NCBI GenBank assembly: GCA_951406725.2
Contig: OX597815.1
Span: 186,682,001 to 186,746,000 of the forward strand
From: Octopus vulgaris
Taxonomy: Eukaryota
DNA length: 64,000 bases
Direction: 5' to 3'
The number at the start of each line of letters is the position of its first letter. Positions within the stretch are counted from its first letter, which is position 1. The position numbers and the translations under genes were made by a program. Below are positions 25,253-38,973 of the stretch, in pieces. The notes beneath the pieces were generated by a model, which did no database searches, had not been told where the DNA came from, and saw only the letters and a program-made list of their open reading frames with translations.

Positions 25253-25510
25253 CAAAGTAAGTGTTTGCAAGCTTTGCGTCCGTGACCTATTGCACTTTTC
25301 AAATAATAAACAGACTGAAATAATGAGCTTAGACAATTAAAACAAATTTTCTTTCGGAATAATGTTTTTGCTTATTGCTGCATATGAAAGAATTAATTCC
25401 ACTTAAATGAAGTAGATGGTGATTCTGCTAAATTGAATAATGAAATATAATTTAGGTGTCATTTCTTTCTTTTAGGCAGCTGCAATGGAATAGATATTTT
25501 GTATATTTGT

Positions 25511-25931
25511 TTCTATTCTAGGCACAAGGCCCGAAATTTTGTGTGGAGGGGGCTACTCGGTTAGATCAACCGCAGTACGAAACTGATAATTAATTTATTG
25601 ACCCCGAAAGGATGAAAAGCAAAGTTGAATTCGGTGGAATTTGAACTCAGAACGTAAAGACAGACGAAATACCGCTACGTATTTCGCCCGGCGTTTCTTA
25701 TTTCTTTATTGCCCACAAGGGGCGAAACATAGAAGGGACAAGCAAGGACTGAAAAAGGGACTAAGTCGATTACAACGACGCCCAGTGTGTAACTGGTATT
25801 TAATTTATCGTACCCGAAAGGATGAAAGGCAAAGTCGACCTCGGCGGAATTTGAACTCAGAACGTAATGGCAGTCGAAATACGGCTACACATTTCGACCG
25901 GCGTGCTAACGTTTCTGCCAGCTCACCGCCT
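25511..25931 (-). mobile_element. SINE family A dimer (A2 + A1)
   Basis: Head at 25931, A2 tail joined to acgccgggcgaaat at about 25694, A1 tail at 25511. Confidence 0.87.
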
Positions 25932-25964
25932 CGGATATTTTGTATATTATCATCTATTGATCAC

Positions 25965-26794
25965 GTGTTTCAGTCTTTTGACTATGGTCATGCTGGGGCA
26001 CAGTCTTCAAGAATTGTTAGTCGGATGAATGTATCCCAATACTTAACTTTTTTTTCTCAAGCCTGTTACTTATTCTATCAGACTCTTTTGCTAAACTGCT
26101 AAGTTATGGGGATGTAAATAAACATACATTGCTTGTCCAGCGCTGATGGTGAACTGGCACGGACACAAAGACACATACGCAAACATAGATACACATTCAC
26201 ACAAGTATTACTTATACGTATGTATGTATGTATATATGCATATATATAATTTATTTATATTATTATATGACTGAACGTCGCGCATCTTCTTGCAGGTTAG
26301 TTTTATCATAATAATTCTGATGCGCACTTTATACGATCTTTTTACTCTTTCGTTTCTCTCTCTTATTCTATTACCTCCTTTTCTCCCACTATTCTATCTT
26401 CTCTGTCACTCGCTCCCTCACTCCTCCTCCCTTGCTCTCGTGGCTCCCACGTGACTCTCGGCCATCATTTTTTTGTCTCCTAACTTCTGTTTCTTTCTTT
26501 CTCTCCATTGTAGCTGGAACAAGGAAGCCGTGTTCTTGTCTGTCTCCTGTCCAAGCTTCATTTACGCGTTCGCCACCACGACCTAGTTTAGGCTTAGCAG
26601 CCCTTCCCGATTGTTTTCACTATCCTGTTTGTGTTACCAATTTTGACCCTCCGTAAAATCCCAAATTTTATTTAATTTGCTTTGCGGGAGCAACTGTTTT
26701 ATCGAAAGCGTATAAGTTCATATTCCATGTACTCGTATTTCGTATTTTTTGTTGTACACGTTTAATGACGTCCTGTGCCCACATATGCATATAC

Positions 26795-26844
<50 letters not shown>

Positions 26845-27013
26845 CATACAACGGGCTTTTTTCAATTTCAATCGACCAAATCCACTCAAAATGTTTTTGG
26901 TCGGTTTGAAGCTATAGCAGAAGACACTTGCACAATATCCCAAACAGTGAGACTGAACCCAGAACCATGTGGCTCGGAAGCAAGCTTCTTACCATAAAGC
27001 CACGCCTGCACCT
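25965..27013 (-). mobile_element. Old SINE family B split by an unclassified ~530-bp insert (26270-26800)
   Basis: 3' half at 25965-26205 and 5' half at 26849-27013. The insert is flanked by TA-rich microsatellite. Confidence 0.7.
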
Positions 27014-27599
27014 ATTATTCGAAAAATTTAAATGGCCGCGAATAGGTTTAGGGCCCATCCTGTTGAGATACTTATCCTTAAAGTCTTCACCCTATCTCTT
27101 TCTCGCTTTCATACATTCTTCTTTCATTCTGCATCAATATATTTACTTATATCTCTTAATCTTACATTCGAGACCAGAATATCTATCCTCTGAATACTAA
27201 ACACTGTAAACCTGTTGACATTTCTTATTTTTTAAAAGAACTGTCTTGAGATAACTATCTTGAAAACTTCACTATAGTTATGGTAATGATGTGTCAAATC
27301 ATCTTTCAAATAGACACTTCATTTCAGTATATTTTACTTTGCAGACGTACACTAATGCAGACGTATATGTATGTGTGTGTGAGTATGAAGTATGTGCCTA
27401 TATATATAATCAATACAAGTGAAAACAGTTTCCTTTATAGGGATGGGAAAACTTCCAATTTTTCAGTAAATACACAATATGGTAAAGAAAATATTTTCAC
27501 AACCAAAAAGCGGGGTATTTATTTAATATACAAAAATTAAGAGAAAATGGAGATTTACGATTGACATATTTTAGATATAATTTGTTATACTACAATAAA

Positions 27600-27940
27600 T
27601 ATAATGTACATTTTTTTATTTTTGATGGATATTTGTCCTCATCTTGTTTGTTATTAACACAACGTTTTAGCTGATATACCCTGCAGCTTTCATCAGGTGT
27701 CTGGGGAAAATTTCTAACCTAAGTTCTCATTCCTATGGTATTTTTTTCGATGTTATTATTATTATTATTGTTATTATTATTATTATTGTTATTATTATTA
27801 TTATTCAGGTCACTGTCTAGAATCAAAATCGGAATCTTAGGGTTAGTGGCCCACGCTATTTAACCTCTACGCCATATGCCCGTCAAATGTAAATAAGGGA
27901 AATAATGTACATAATTCCTCATCTCTTAAATATAGAACTG
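27600..27940 (-). mobile_element. Family H SINE (tRNA head + hammerhead tail) with an inverted tail piece at its 5' end
   Basis: Body on - strand 27600-27884. 27880-27940 is the family's 3' tail on the + strand (compare 3312-3360). Confidence 0.78.
27656..27701 (-). ncRNA. Minimal type-I hammerhead ribozyme (G12>A)
   Basis: GACAC-CTGATGA-A-AGCTG-cagggtatat-CAGCT-aAAACGTT-GTGTT. Confidence 0.72.
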
Positions 27941-28349
27941 AAATATAAAATGGTATAATATAGAAATACAAATATTAATCCTACAAATTGTTGCGATTCA
28001 TACCCAATAATGAATTTATTAAAAATTCATATTTATTGGTACGAATCTCTTCAGAGAAATATTTGACAACATTCGATAAAATTACGTGTAAAGAATAGAC
28101 TGCATTAACTAAGTTTGTAAGCATGCGCGTCAATAATTTTAAAATATAATTTTAAATAATAAAAACAAAAATTTAAAAATTCATGCAAATAAAATTTAAA
28201 AAAACAAGTATAACGGTCATAAATATTTTGTGCACTTTTAATAATACTAATCTAATCTCAAAATATTTCTGCCCATTATTTTATAAATATAAATATAAAA
28301 AAATCTAAATAATATCCTAAGAATTTATGGCGGAGTAGAAAATATATAT

Positions 28350-28687
28350 ACAATTTTTTTTATAATTATGAGTATAATTACAGTGCTCTCAAATTTAAAT
28401 TCTTGAAATACTGTACTGAAGAGCGAGAATGATGGAGTGGAAATGTGGTTTTTGCATTTTTCACATCTATCTAACTTCGAAACGCGTCTACAGTTAATCA
28501 AAGCCGAGTGAATTCGTTACTTTTTCTCTTTTCCTACGTAGGTTGTTGAGTATTGTTGTCGGGGAGATTGTCTTACGGTAGAGAAATAGCTAGTTTTGAC
28601 TGCTATTTCTAAATTTCGGTATGTGGTGAAGCAAATTTTTTGCTGAACCCTAATTATAATTATACTCATAATTATAAAAAAAATTGT
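28350..28687. mobile_element. Hammerhead-containing module bounded by perfect 31-bp inverted repeats
   Basis: 28350-28380 is the exact reverse complement of 28657-28687. (TA)n lies nearby on both sides. Confidence 0.65.
28410..28494 (+). ncRNA. Type-I hammerhead ribozyme with long stem II and intact core
   Basis: ACTGTA-CTGAAGA-G..(56-nt hairpin)..C-GAAACGCGTC-TACAGT. Perfect 6-bp stem I, palindromic stem III and GUC cleavage triplet. Confidence 0.8.
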
Positions 28688-28761
28688 TTAAGTTTATCGA
28701 TAATTTTACCGAACTACTAGGTAAAATTATTAATTATTAATTAATTAATTTTACTCTTTAT

Positions 28762-28805
<44 letters not shown>

Positions 28806-29687
28806 GTTTGCATTCCTGGGTATCTTATGACTGCATATATACTAACAGAAGTGGCCGGCGATATCCGGTAGCGAAGTAACAATATTCAGTAATGTAGAAA
28901 TCGTGGTATGTATTATATATTATGACGGTTAAATGACCATGTACATGTCCGTTCTACAGATTGAAATACACTATATACTTGATTTTTTCCGGTTGTGCTA
29001 TAACGAAGAAGCAATCAGCGTTTCTAACACTTGGAATATCAACCTAATAACTGACGATATGAAATATTCATTTCAAAGTTTTCCAATGATTATTTTTGAT
29101 ATTCTATAAATGATCGTGTTGAAAGTGAAATTTGGCTGGCAAACCGACTGGCTGCAATTATGTCCTGGAAATTAAACACTGTCTCAGCAAGTCTTATTTA
29201 TTATCTCCAAGATTTGAGTACCATATTCTTGACGTTGAGTCATGAACGATTGCAAAGTTAGGAAGATCTACTTTACGATGCATCATAATCTTTTATTCAA
29301 CCTTAAGCATCAGATAACGTGGTGGATTTCTGCTGGTTGGAAACTGTACAAAAATGTGATTGAATAATTTAGAACCTGGTCTTAGAAGCTGGTTATGGTT
29401 ATTGATTTGTAACAGCATTTTGAGTAACACTTCCTGTGATGATGTTGCTCATTCGCAAATCCATTTGGGATCACATATAGATGTTAAGAAATAGTTGAGC
29501 GGTTAGCTTCAGTTCTGTTTTCAGAGAGATGGCCGAACAACACTTAAATTTGGACGTCGAGGTCTGTGTTCCACTTTGAGGACCTGGATGGCGAATTCAC
29601 CCGTAGAATCACTAATAATCAAGTGCACTCGCAAATTGTCGGTAAGAACAAAAGGAAACTGAATTTGTGATAAGATGTTTTCAGACA

Positions 29688-30040
29688 GGCGGAGGAGTGG
29701 CTGTGTGGTAAGTAGATTGCTTATTAACCACATAGTTCCGGGTTCAGTCCCACTGCGTGGCACCTTGCGCAAGTGTCTTCTACTATAGCCTTATGCCGAC
29801 CAAAGCCTTGTGAGTGGATTTGGTAGACGGAAACTGAATGTCTGTGCTTGTCCCCCCAACATCACTTGACAACCGATGCTGGTGTGTTTACGTCCCCGTC
29901 ACCTAGCGGTTCGGCAAGAGAGACCGATAGAATAAGTACTAGGATTACAAAGAATAAGTCCTGGAGTCGATTTTCTCGACTAAAGGCGGTGCTCCAGCAT
30001 GGCCGCAGTCAAATGACTGAAGCAAATAAAAGAATAAAAG
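29688..30040 (+). mobile_element. SINE family B
   Basis: Head ggcggaggagtggctgtgtggtaag through tail; the internal microsatellite is deleted. Confidence 0.92.
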
Positions 30041-32348
30041 AATTGATCTGATAAGTTTGTGTCACACTAGGAATTACGGATAGACATTGTCTGAAATAAC
30101 CAGCAAAAACATGCTCACTCATCTCACTCTATGTGTATTTTCTTTCTTATCCTGTTCGCTTGTGTCGTGTTCTAGGTTTACCTCCAATTATTAATTTGCT
30201 ATGTTCCCTTGAGCGGGTTCTTGATGTTTCTCATGCGTTGTTCGTGTCTTCTGAGATCGAAAGGATAGCTTAAAAGGGAGTGATCTTTTTCTATTATCAA
30301 AAGCGTTTAAGCAACGTAATTTGATGCAACAAGCAAATAATTAATAGCAAGATGTGTTCTGAGTAAATAGTAAAATACATGTACATGAATAAATATTATT
30401 TTTTTAAATAAATCGAAAGATGGCCAACAATTTAATATGTAGTGATAAAATATAACACAAATACAATGCAGAAAATATGTGGAGTAGAAATTATAGGCAT
30501 TCGGACCAAGTATAATGGAGTCAATTCAGTAGAATATGGATTTTTTTGTACCAAAGCGTTGGTTTTGTGTTAACGTATGAAAACATAAAAATAAGTCTTT
30601 TTGAAAATCTAATATCCGAATACACGTGGTGACAAGTGAAATAACAGTATAGGCGGTTGTGTATAAGAGGGCAAATTCACAAATCGATATCAATACACGG
30701 AAAAAGCTTTTTTGTTTAATAATGACACTAAGTTAATGTTTTTGAAAATGGTATAAACTTCGCAACATCCTTCCCAAAATATGTACACTTTATCTTTAGA
30801 CGACAAATATTTGTTAATTTATGCAAGAATGAAAATCGCACAAAAAGAAGTAAGCTACTGACAAGCATAGATATCTTTCAGGATCCGTTTTACTTCTCAC
30901 GTGTTAATGATACACTGAAGTGCGTAATAAAGTTATAATATTTCCTATCTATCCTGATATAAAAAGATGTAAACATTGTGTTTTGTAAAACTGCATCTAC
31001 GTTAAACCAAACATAGCGATCGAATTTTATTAATACGGTTATTACTATAATGAAAACACACGTTAATGTTTTCATAGCATATGAAATTAAATTATTTGTG
31101 GAAATATATTCTAGAAAAGTTCGCATTACTTTCCGAAAATAAATCGATTAGATATCCTCATTCAATATACAACGGCTCTCAGTAAGAAGGATTTCAGGAT
31201 TAATGTTCCTTACTTGAGGAAATATCTTTGTAACCACGTTGCTATACTTCTCTGCTGGAGAAAAGCTATAAAAGCAGTTGTTTCTTTTTAAAAAATCTTT
31301 GTCAGAAACCAAAATAGTTCACAAAAATCGATTTTCCCATCGTTCTATTTTTCTGTGTAAGAATATTTTTTTATCTATAACATTAAGCAAAACATTGAAG
31401 TGTTCTACATGCAATTTTTAGGCTGTTTTAAAGATAAGAAAACAACCAAATGTGTTACTGACTTAAAGAACGCCTAACTTATACATTCAACGGATTAGTT
31501 GATAAAAAAGATGCATTTCTAAAGTATGGAAAAGCCTGAACCAATAAAAGTTCATTTAATAGGATAAAATATTTCAATAAAGTTGCTAAATCGGGCGTGT
31601 TTCAAATGAATATAGAAGTACCAAGTCATTCGGACTAGAAGCAAAAAGTATGGAATTTAATCTTTTTGACGTGACGTGGATTTGCACAGAAATATTCGTT
31701 TCAATATACATTTATATTTACATAAAGAAATATATAGTATTAACTCATTTTTATCAGCAATATTTGCATGAGCTTCTATCTAGGTAACAAATACTTTTAA
31801 TATACACAATGTTTAATAAATTCATACTAAATTAGTCAAGTTCATAATACTGAAATGCTATTGTAATAATCGACGACAATAAAATACCATTTCGAATAAC
31901 ATTCAGAAGAAAAATTTTTCAATACTAGGATACAAACTACGTTTTAAACTTTGAATCGTGCTATCACAATTTCCATTTCACTTGCTTTTAATCTACCGAT
32001 ATTGCTTATATTAATTTCAGAAGAATAACCATGAAACTATCATGCAATGGTTTTATCTTGAAACCAATATATCAATTCGGATGCAGTCTTAATGCTGTCA
32101 AGGAGTAAATGAATACCTTTTCAACTTGCTGCGCAAAAAAGCATTCATACAAAAGAAACTGGAGAGTCATGACTGCGAAGAAGTAAAACAATTTTTAAAC
32201 ATATATTCACCCTTATGGTTACTTATACATATTATATGTTAGCATTTAAATGGTATTTCTATAGAAGAGTTTATCGTTTTCCCAAAAGTAGTTTCAAGTT
32301 ACTTACGTGAATCGTTATTTTTGTATCGTAAATTTTAGTTTGTATTAT

Positions 32349-32699
32349 TATTCTTTTCTACTCCAGACACATGGCCCGAAATTTTGGAGGAGGGGGCCAG
32401 TCGATTAGATCCGCCCCGGTACGCAACTGGTACTTAATTCATAGACCCCGAAAGAATGAAAGGCAAAGTCGACCTCGGTGGAATTTGAGCTCAAAACATA
32501 AAGACAGACGAAATACCTATTTCTTTACTACCCACAAGGGGCTAAACACAGAGAGGACAAACAAGGACAGACAAACCGATTAAGTCGATTATATCGACCC
32601 CAGTGCGTGACTGGTACTTATTTAATCGTCCCCGAAAGGATGAAAGGCAACCGCTTAGTATTTCGCCCGGCGTGCTAACGATTCTGCCAGCTCGCCGCC
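32349..32699 (-). mobile_element. SINE family A dimer (A2 with internal deletion + A1)
   Basis: Junction aaagaaata|ggtatttcgtc on the - strand at about 32517. Confidence 0.87.
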
Positions 32700-32886
32700 T
32701 GCTTTGTATTATTTTTATCATCATCGTTAGTAAGGCAGTGAGTTGGCAGATGGAAAATAAAGTCGATATGATAAAGTGAAGTATTGCTGTTAATTTATCC
32801 ACTGTCCATCTGTGTCAACATGGGTCGATTAGCGGCAGTACAGTCCAAAATATCCGCCCAATTCAAGGGCTGACGTGAAGCAAAGT

Positions 32887-33183
32887 TTGTTGTTTGTTCC
32901 TTCTCGAGCCATACCTGGCTCATAAGGGCCAGTTTCCCGGTTTCCATGGCGTATAGGTTCCCCACCTGGACGGGACGCCGGTCCGTCGCAGGTGAGCTGC
33001 TAGTCGCAGGAAGAATGAGTGAGAGAAAGTTGTGGCGAAAGAATCAGCAGAAGTTCGCCATTACCTTCTGCCGGAGCCACCTGGAGCTTAGGTGTTTCGC
33101 TCATAAACACACACATCGCCCGGTCTGAGATTGGAACCCACGATCTCTCGACCGCTGCTCTAACCACTAGGCAATGTGCCTTC
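32887..33183 (-). mobile_element. SINE with family C-type head and V-domain-like tail
   Basis: 14-bp TSD acgtgaagcaaagt (32873-32886/33184-33197). cctgcgacggaccggcgtcccgtccagg resembles the V-SINE domain (from recollection, unverified). Confidence 0.85.
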
Positions 33184-33776
33184 ACGTGAAGCAAAGTGGC
33201 ACACCGGTTATTATGTACTGTCGTTATATGAATATTGTCTAACGCAAGGAAACTAAATTATTACTAATACAGCACAAGCACACATTTCATCATGCTCTCT
33301 CGCTTCCTCTCCCTCACTCACTTTTAAGATTGGATTCTCTATTGAAGTAAAGTGCAAGTTAAACTAACTATTCAAACTATAAAGACTGGCGAAATCACTT
33401 ATATGAGTTAAAGGTATGTTTCTGCCATTGTTTACATTTGTAAGATCGCTCTATAAGTGTGTTGTTGTTGTTGAGATAGGCTCTCTTTCTTTTCTGATGA
33501 GAAGATTGCATTTTACACCGTTTATTCCTTTGGAATAATACCATGTTGTCTTCGAAACATATGTCGAAAGTAAAAGAATTTTAATAACATATTCGTTCAA
33601 CTCCATTTATTTACTTACAATACACAAATTAATGCACATTAACCCGGAGTTTCTACCTTTGAATAGGTCGCTTCATCCGTGTTACTTGCGTGAATTGTGC
33701 TACCCTGGTAACTGTTTATTGAATTTTCCATGTTAACGGTAAACAAAGGATAATTCAGTCATCCATTTATATATAT

Positions 33777-34330
33777 GCGGTGTCTTCGACGGATCCTTGG
33801 CATCTCCTGGAAGGACCGAGTACCAAACGGAGTCATCCTAGAACAGACTAATATGCCAAGCATGCATGCCCTCCTCGTGCGGAGACAACTGCGCTGGCTC
33901 GGACACGTCTGCCGCATGCAGGACGGTCGCATGCCTAAAGACATCCTGTACAGCGAACTCACCACGGGATTCTGACCCAAGGGACGTCCACAGCTACGAT
34001 ACAGGGATGTGTGCAAGCGCGACCTGAGGACTGCCAACATTTGTGTGGACACGTGGGAGGTAACAGCTGCTGACCGCTCTGCCTGGCGTCGGACAGTGAG
34101 GAAAGGCGTTTCCATGGCTGAGGAAAGGAGAGCACAGCTGTGGTCGGACAGGCGGGACAGGAGGAGGACAACTGCAGCAACACCCCACACGTACCCATCG
34201 ATGTTCGTGTGCAGCAACTGTACCAGGGACTGCCACTCTAGAATTGGACTGTTCAGTCACAGCAGACGCTGCTCATCATCAAAGTAGGCCCCACCCTTGG
34301 CGCGACCCATTGTCTATCAAGACAGACGGG
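33777..34330 (+). mobile_element. RTE-clade (BovB-like) LINE, 3' fragment
   Basis: One frame: RCLRRILGISWKDRVPN..LRWLGHVCRM..RMPKDILYSEL..*PKGRPQLRYRDVCKRDL..DRSAWR..FVCSNCTRDCHSRIGLFSHSRRC, with a single in-frame TGA at 33973. Confidence 0.92.
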
Positions 34331-35323
34331 GGAAAGAGAAAAAGAGAAGATATATATATATATATCCCTTGAAACTTTATATCAAGAATTTTAACAGTAT
34401 ATGTAGTTACTTTCAAACTCCATGTTGCTGTTACATGCAACAATTCTGCAAGGCAGGAAGTGTTTATATAATGTCAAAAGAATTTATCTAAATACGATCT
34501 CTATTCAAGGAAACTTGGTTTTTATCGGTTAGCCTTTTAGTTTTGATCTAAAGCTGTGCTTGTTTCCGTGGAATAGTTCATTGGATTTCTCTGACATTTC
34601 CTAAGTTTCAGTGATATATTAAAGAAATTACCATAGAAATTTCCAATGTGAATGACGAGAGTGTTTCACCAACGACCTACACAATGCCACAACTTAGCTT
34701 TATCTTTGTAATCCCATCTGAATAATGCAATAAAGAAAAGCTAACGATATTTTTTTTCTAAAAATACCGACACTGATATTCAGTCAGAATAAAAATCAGT
34801 GCGAAAGTCTATCATAAAGGAAGTCTTTTTTTTAATTGAGTTGATACAAAGATCAATAGTTACTGAATACAATTAATATGAAATAAAAATGTTATATATT
34901 GCATAGTCTTATTTTATATTTGAAATCTGAGAATGAAGATACAAAACAGAGTTGTGACTAATCGGCATTATCAATAACATTTCAATAAAGATGGCTTGCT
35001 TGCAAACATCATGTATTAGTTTACTACTTAAGATGTATGTTCGCTATAATGGAGCGACTTACTACATTATCAGGAAAATAGATTAGCAACGAGTTAGAAC
35101 AAATTTTACTGAGATTTCTCAAAAGATTCTTTTCATTAAATTTTAAATTGTTTTTAAACTACAAAAACATTTCGGATAATTTCATTATGTAGCTGACATT
35201 CTTATAGACATCTCGTTCAAGTTAACTCATTCTTTCACTTTACCATTTAATCTTTATTGTTTGTGTGCTGAATAAGATTCCTTTGATGCGGTAAATGTTT
35301 CTTTTTCTGTACACAGTAATTTC

Positions 35324-35727
35324 GGATCTTTTCGGTTTGAACGGCAGTCTTTTTAAAATAATTTCCACGTAACTAAACACTTTTAAACTTCGTATACTGG
35401 CAGAATGTGTTTATAAAACATCTTTTTCTCTTAGCTTTATTGAGAAAATTCTATAGTTTGTAAGATATTTGTTGTTGTCTTCTTCAATTTCTGAAATTTC
35501 AACCAATCAATGACGTCTATTGAAGTGAAAACATTCTGTGCCGTATGAATATGTCCCTCGTTTAAGAAACAGATTGGGTTTATTTACATTTCTGAAGAAA
35601 AAAAGATACCCTTCCCCCTAACCCTAACTAACCCTAACCTTAAAACAGATCGAAATGCAATAGATCGGTACTAAGGTCATAATCATGACACCGCTAGAAA
35701 AAACTGCCGTTCAAACCGAAAAGATCC
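35324..35727. mobile_element. MITE with GG...CC termini and 8-bp TSD (Merlin-like)
   Basis: TIR ggatcttttcggtttgaacggcagt (25 bp perfect). Flanks gtaatttc / gtaatttt. Superfamily is inferred. Confidence 0.8.
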
Positions 35728-36334
35728 GTAATTTTATATCTTAAGCAATATATTCACTGTAGCAAAGATGTTCTCTTAATCATTAGATCATAGATGTTCC
35801 TGTGAATACATACACGGTTTTGCAATGACCTCCATTATTCAAACAACTGACACATGTGACGTAGGTTCCTAACAATGCAGACGACCACTTATCCATTTTT
35901 TAAAACTTATACGCAGATAAAATACTTACCAGACACCAATCGGCTTCGTTTCACTTTTATATATTATTCATATATGCAGAGTCATGATTTTTCTTCAAAT
36001 ATTAAAAGCTTCAAAAGCATAAGGAGTCAGTAAGCTCGAGTAAAGTGTTCCAATGAATGAGCCGCTCGTAGATTCAATATTATACGATAGATCAAAATAC
36101 AAGCTGGCTTTATTTCAATGATCATCATATTTTAAATATTTATCATTAAATCGCCGAGATTCCAATAAGTTATTCGTGATATCTTTTCGAGTATTCGGTA
36201 TTTTGGGTAAAAGTATACCGTTCAAATATTTTCAAATATTTTCATATGTAATATTTTGACAAATACTTTGAGATTTCATTTACTTCATTACATATACGAC
36301 ATGTGGTTTACATATGTAGATATTTCTTCATTAT

Positions 36335-37122
36335 TGGTTTCAAATTTTGGCAAAAGGATAGCAAGTTGGAAGAAGTGGGTAAGTCGATTACATCAACCCC
36401 AGTGCGCCAAAGGCTAAAGGGTAAAGGTGATCTCGGCGGAATTTGAACTCAGAACGTACACACATATGAAATGCCGTTAAGCATTTTGCCCGGTGTGCTA
36501 ACGATTCTGCCAGCTCACCACCCTAAATTTCTTTATGTGTATTAAGGCGGCGAGCTGGCAAAATCGTTAGCACGCCGGGCGAAATGCGTAGCCGTATTTC
36601 GTCTGCCGTTACGTTCTGAGTTCAAATTCTGCCGAGGTCGACTTTACCTTTCATCCTTTCGGGATCGATAAATTAAGTACCAGTGACGCACTGAGTTCGA
36701 TGTAATCGACTTAATCCGTTTGTCTGTCCCTGTTAGTCCCCTCTGTGTTTAGCCCCTTGTGGGTAGTAAAGAAATAGGTATTTCGTCTGCCGTTACGTTC
36801 TGAGTTCAAATTCCGCCAAAGTCTACTTTGCCTTTCATCCTTTCGGGGTCGATTAAATAAGTACCAGTTACGCACTGGGGTCGATGTAATCGACTTAATC
36901 AGTTTGTCTGTTCTTGATAGTCCTCTATGTGTTTAGCCCCTTGTGGGTAGTAAAAAAAATAGGTATTTCGTCTTCCGCTACGTTCAGAGGTCAAGTTCTA
37001 TCGTAGTCGACATTGTCTTTCATCCTTTCGGACCTGATGAAACAAGTACCAGTCGATCACTGGGCTCGATGTAATTGACTCCCGCAAATTTTCAGGCTTT
37101 GTACCAATGGTAGAAACGATTG
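36335..37122. mobile_element. SINE A cluster: older - copy (36335-36523) head-to-head with a + trimer (36546-37122)
   Basis: Two A2 tails, each followed by ggtatttcgtc (36777, 36962). Confidence 0.88.
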
Positions 37123-38973
37123 TTGATATGTGTATCATTCTTTCCGGTTCTTTACGTTTTAAGTTCAAATCCCGGTGCAGTAAACTTTGTCCTTCACACT
37201 CTAAATTTGGCAAAATAAAATGTCAGGATCAACGGCATGTACTAATCCACTTCCCTCAAAATTGCTGATTCTGTCCCTAAAATAGGAACCTTTATTTATG
37301 TATATATTCACAAACTCTATCAATATAATCAAATCAACGTCCATAAACAAAATAGTTTTGAGGACATGGTTTCATTTCTTTGCATTTCAGTAATCAAGAT
37401 AAGATGTGACCACCACTTTTAAGTTTGTGGATTTTCTACTGAATAAGAAGTTTTAAATATCTGGATTTAGCCGGATTTAATATCTGGATTTGGTAAGGTT
37501 TATTTCATTCACCTTTACATAATCAGTATGAATGAATGTTTGCACGTGCTCACAGATAAACGAAGTATAAATTTTCACTTATTAGTTTATTCTCGGTGAT
37601 AAAAAGACAACAAATCGTTTCTATTTTTGGTATCATGAATAACTATTTTACAATAAATTTGAACCAATACAACTGAGAGCAGTGTATATTAAAATATTTT
37701 AAACAGCCTTTATTCTTAATGTCATTTAATGATAATGTAAAACCATCTTTGAGCATTATAATCTAAAGTTCTGTTGAATCGCTATCTTTTTCATGCAAGG
37801 AAGGATGTGAATGCGAAAAGTTTTATGAGATTTATACTTCTTGTTAACTACCAAACAGTTAAACCATCATCATAACGAAAAGAGCAGTGAAAAGATCCAC
37901 AAACACGTTTATGAGCTCAAGGTTATAAAAGAAAAATCGTTAACTGAAGACAGAGAATGGCTTCCTCGGAGTAATTTTAGATATTAAAAAATCTTTCAAA
38001 AGGTAACAAGATATGCGACATTCTATTTTACATTAATCAATTTTAACTGGAAGTTCAAATGAACTGTGTTAAAACAAAGTTTGAAGGGACAATCCCTCTC
38101 TTGTAATAGAAAATATTGAAACATAAAAAGTTCATTGTTTTCTTCATTATTCAAGTTCCTTAGAAAATGAGTATTTCATTTAATAGAGTTTTAACAGAGA
38201 TATCTCCTAGAGATGAAGATAATTTTTCAGGTATCTGAATTATTGAATATTCATGACATAACATAAAATATTAAGAGCGTAATAACATGTTCATATGAAA
38301 GCCAAATATACTCTTGAACCGAAGGAGTTGGTTTAATCCAATGTTTTACACAAAAATATCATTTTCTGAAATAACACAGCGTTAAATTAATGTAACATAG
38401 AAGCCAATCACTTCGGTAAACAGATAATTAAGCAGCCAATGGTCTTTCGAAACTCTATCAATATGTCGAATAACACAAAAGTTTTAGGAATCATTCCTCA
38501 CAAAAAGTTATTTAGGGGACTGACACTAAGATTCAATTTGATATTGCCTTCAGGAAATGACCATGGGCCGTGGTAACTATTCAGTCGAGGTATGCATTTA
38601 TGCATATTTAATCATCAATATTTTCAGCATATTTGATCTGTTATACCTGTATCTGTTGTACTCATGTCGTATGTAATAAATCTCATAGAAGCAGGCATTA
38701 TAAAGTAAACACCATTGTGTTTCTGGGCTGATTGAATCTTCTGACTCGTTTTAAATCTTTTGAATTGCTTCAAAGCAATTATCTATTTCTCCGATAATGC
38801 TATTGAAGCTTCATTTATTTTGTGTGTGTGTGTGTATAGCTAAGAATGTTCCTTAAATCGTCTGAATCGCCTTGAATCTTTTGAACCTCCTCAAGCAAAG
38901 CTTTATTCACTTCGGCAAAGTGTTAGCACTACAACTCCGATATCCAAAATACAGTGGAGAAGGCTAGCCACTG

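Noticed and set aside
26653-26718. Hammerhead in the 26270-26800 insert (aatttg..GAAAGCGTA-taagtt)
   Set aside because: Stem I and GAAA are plausible, but there is no CUGANGA-like core.
33973-33975. In-frame TGA in the RTE fragment as selenocysteine or readthrough
   Set aside because: Best explained as CGA>TGA decay in a truncated copy; no SECIS was seen.
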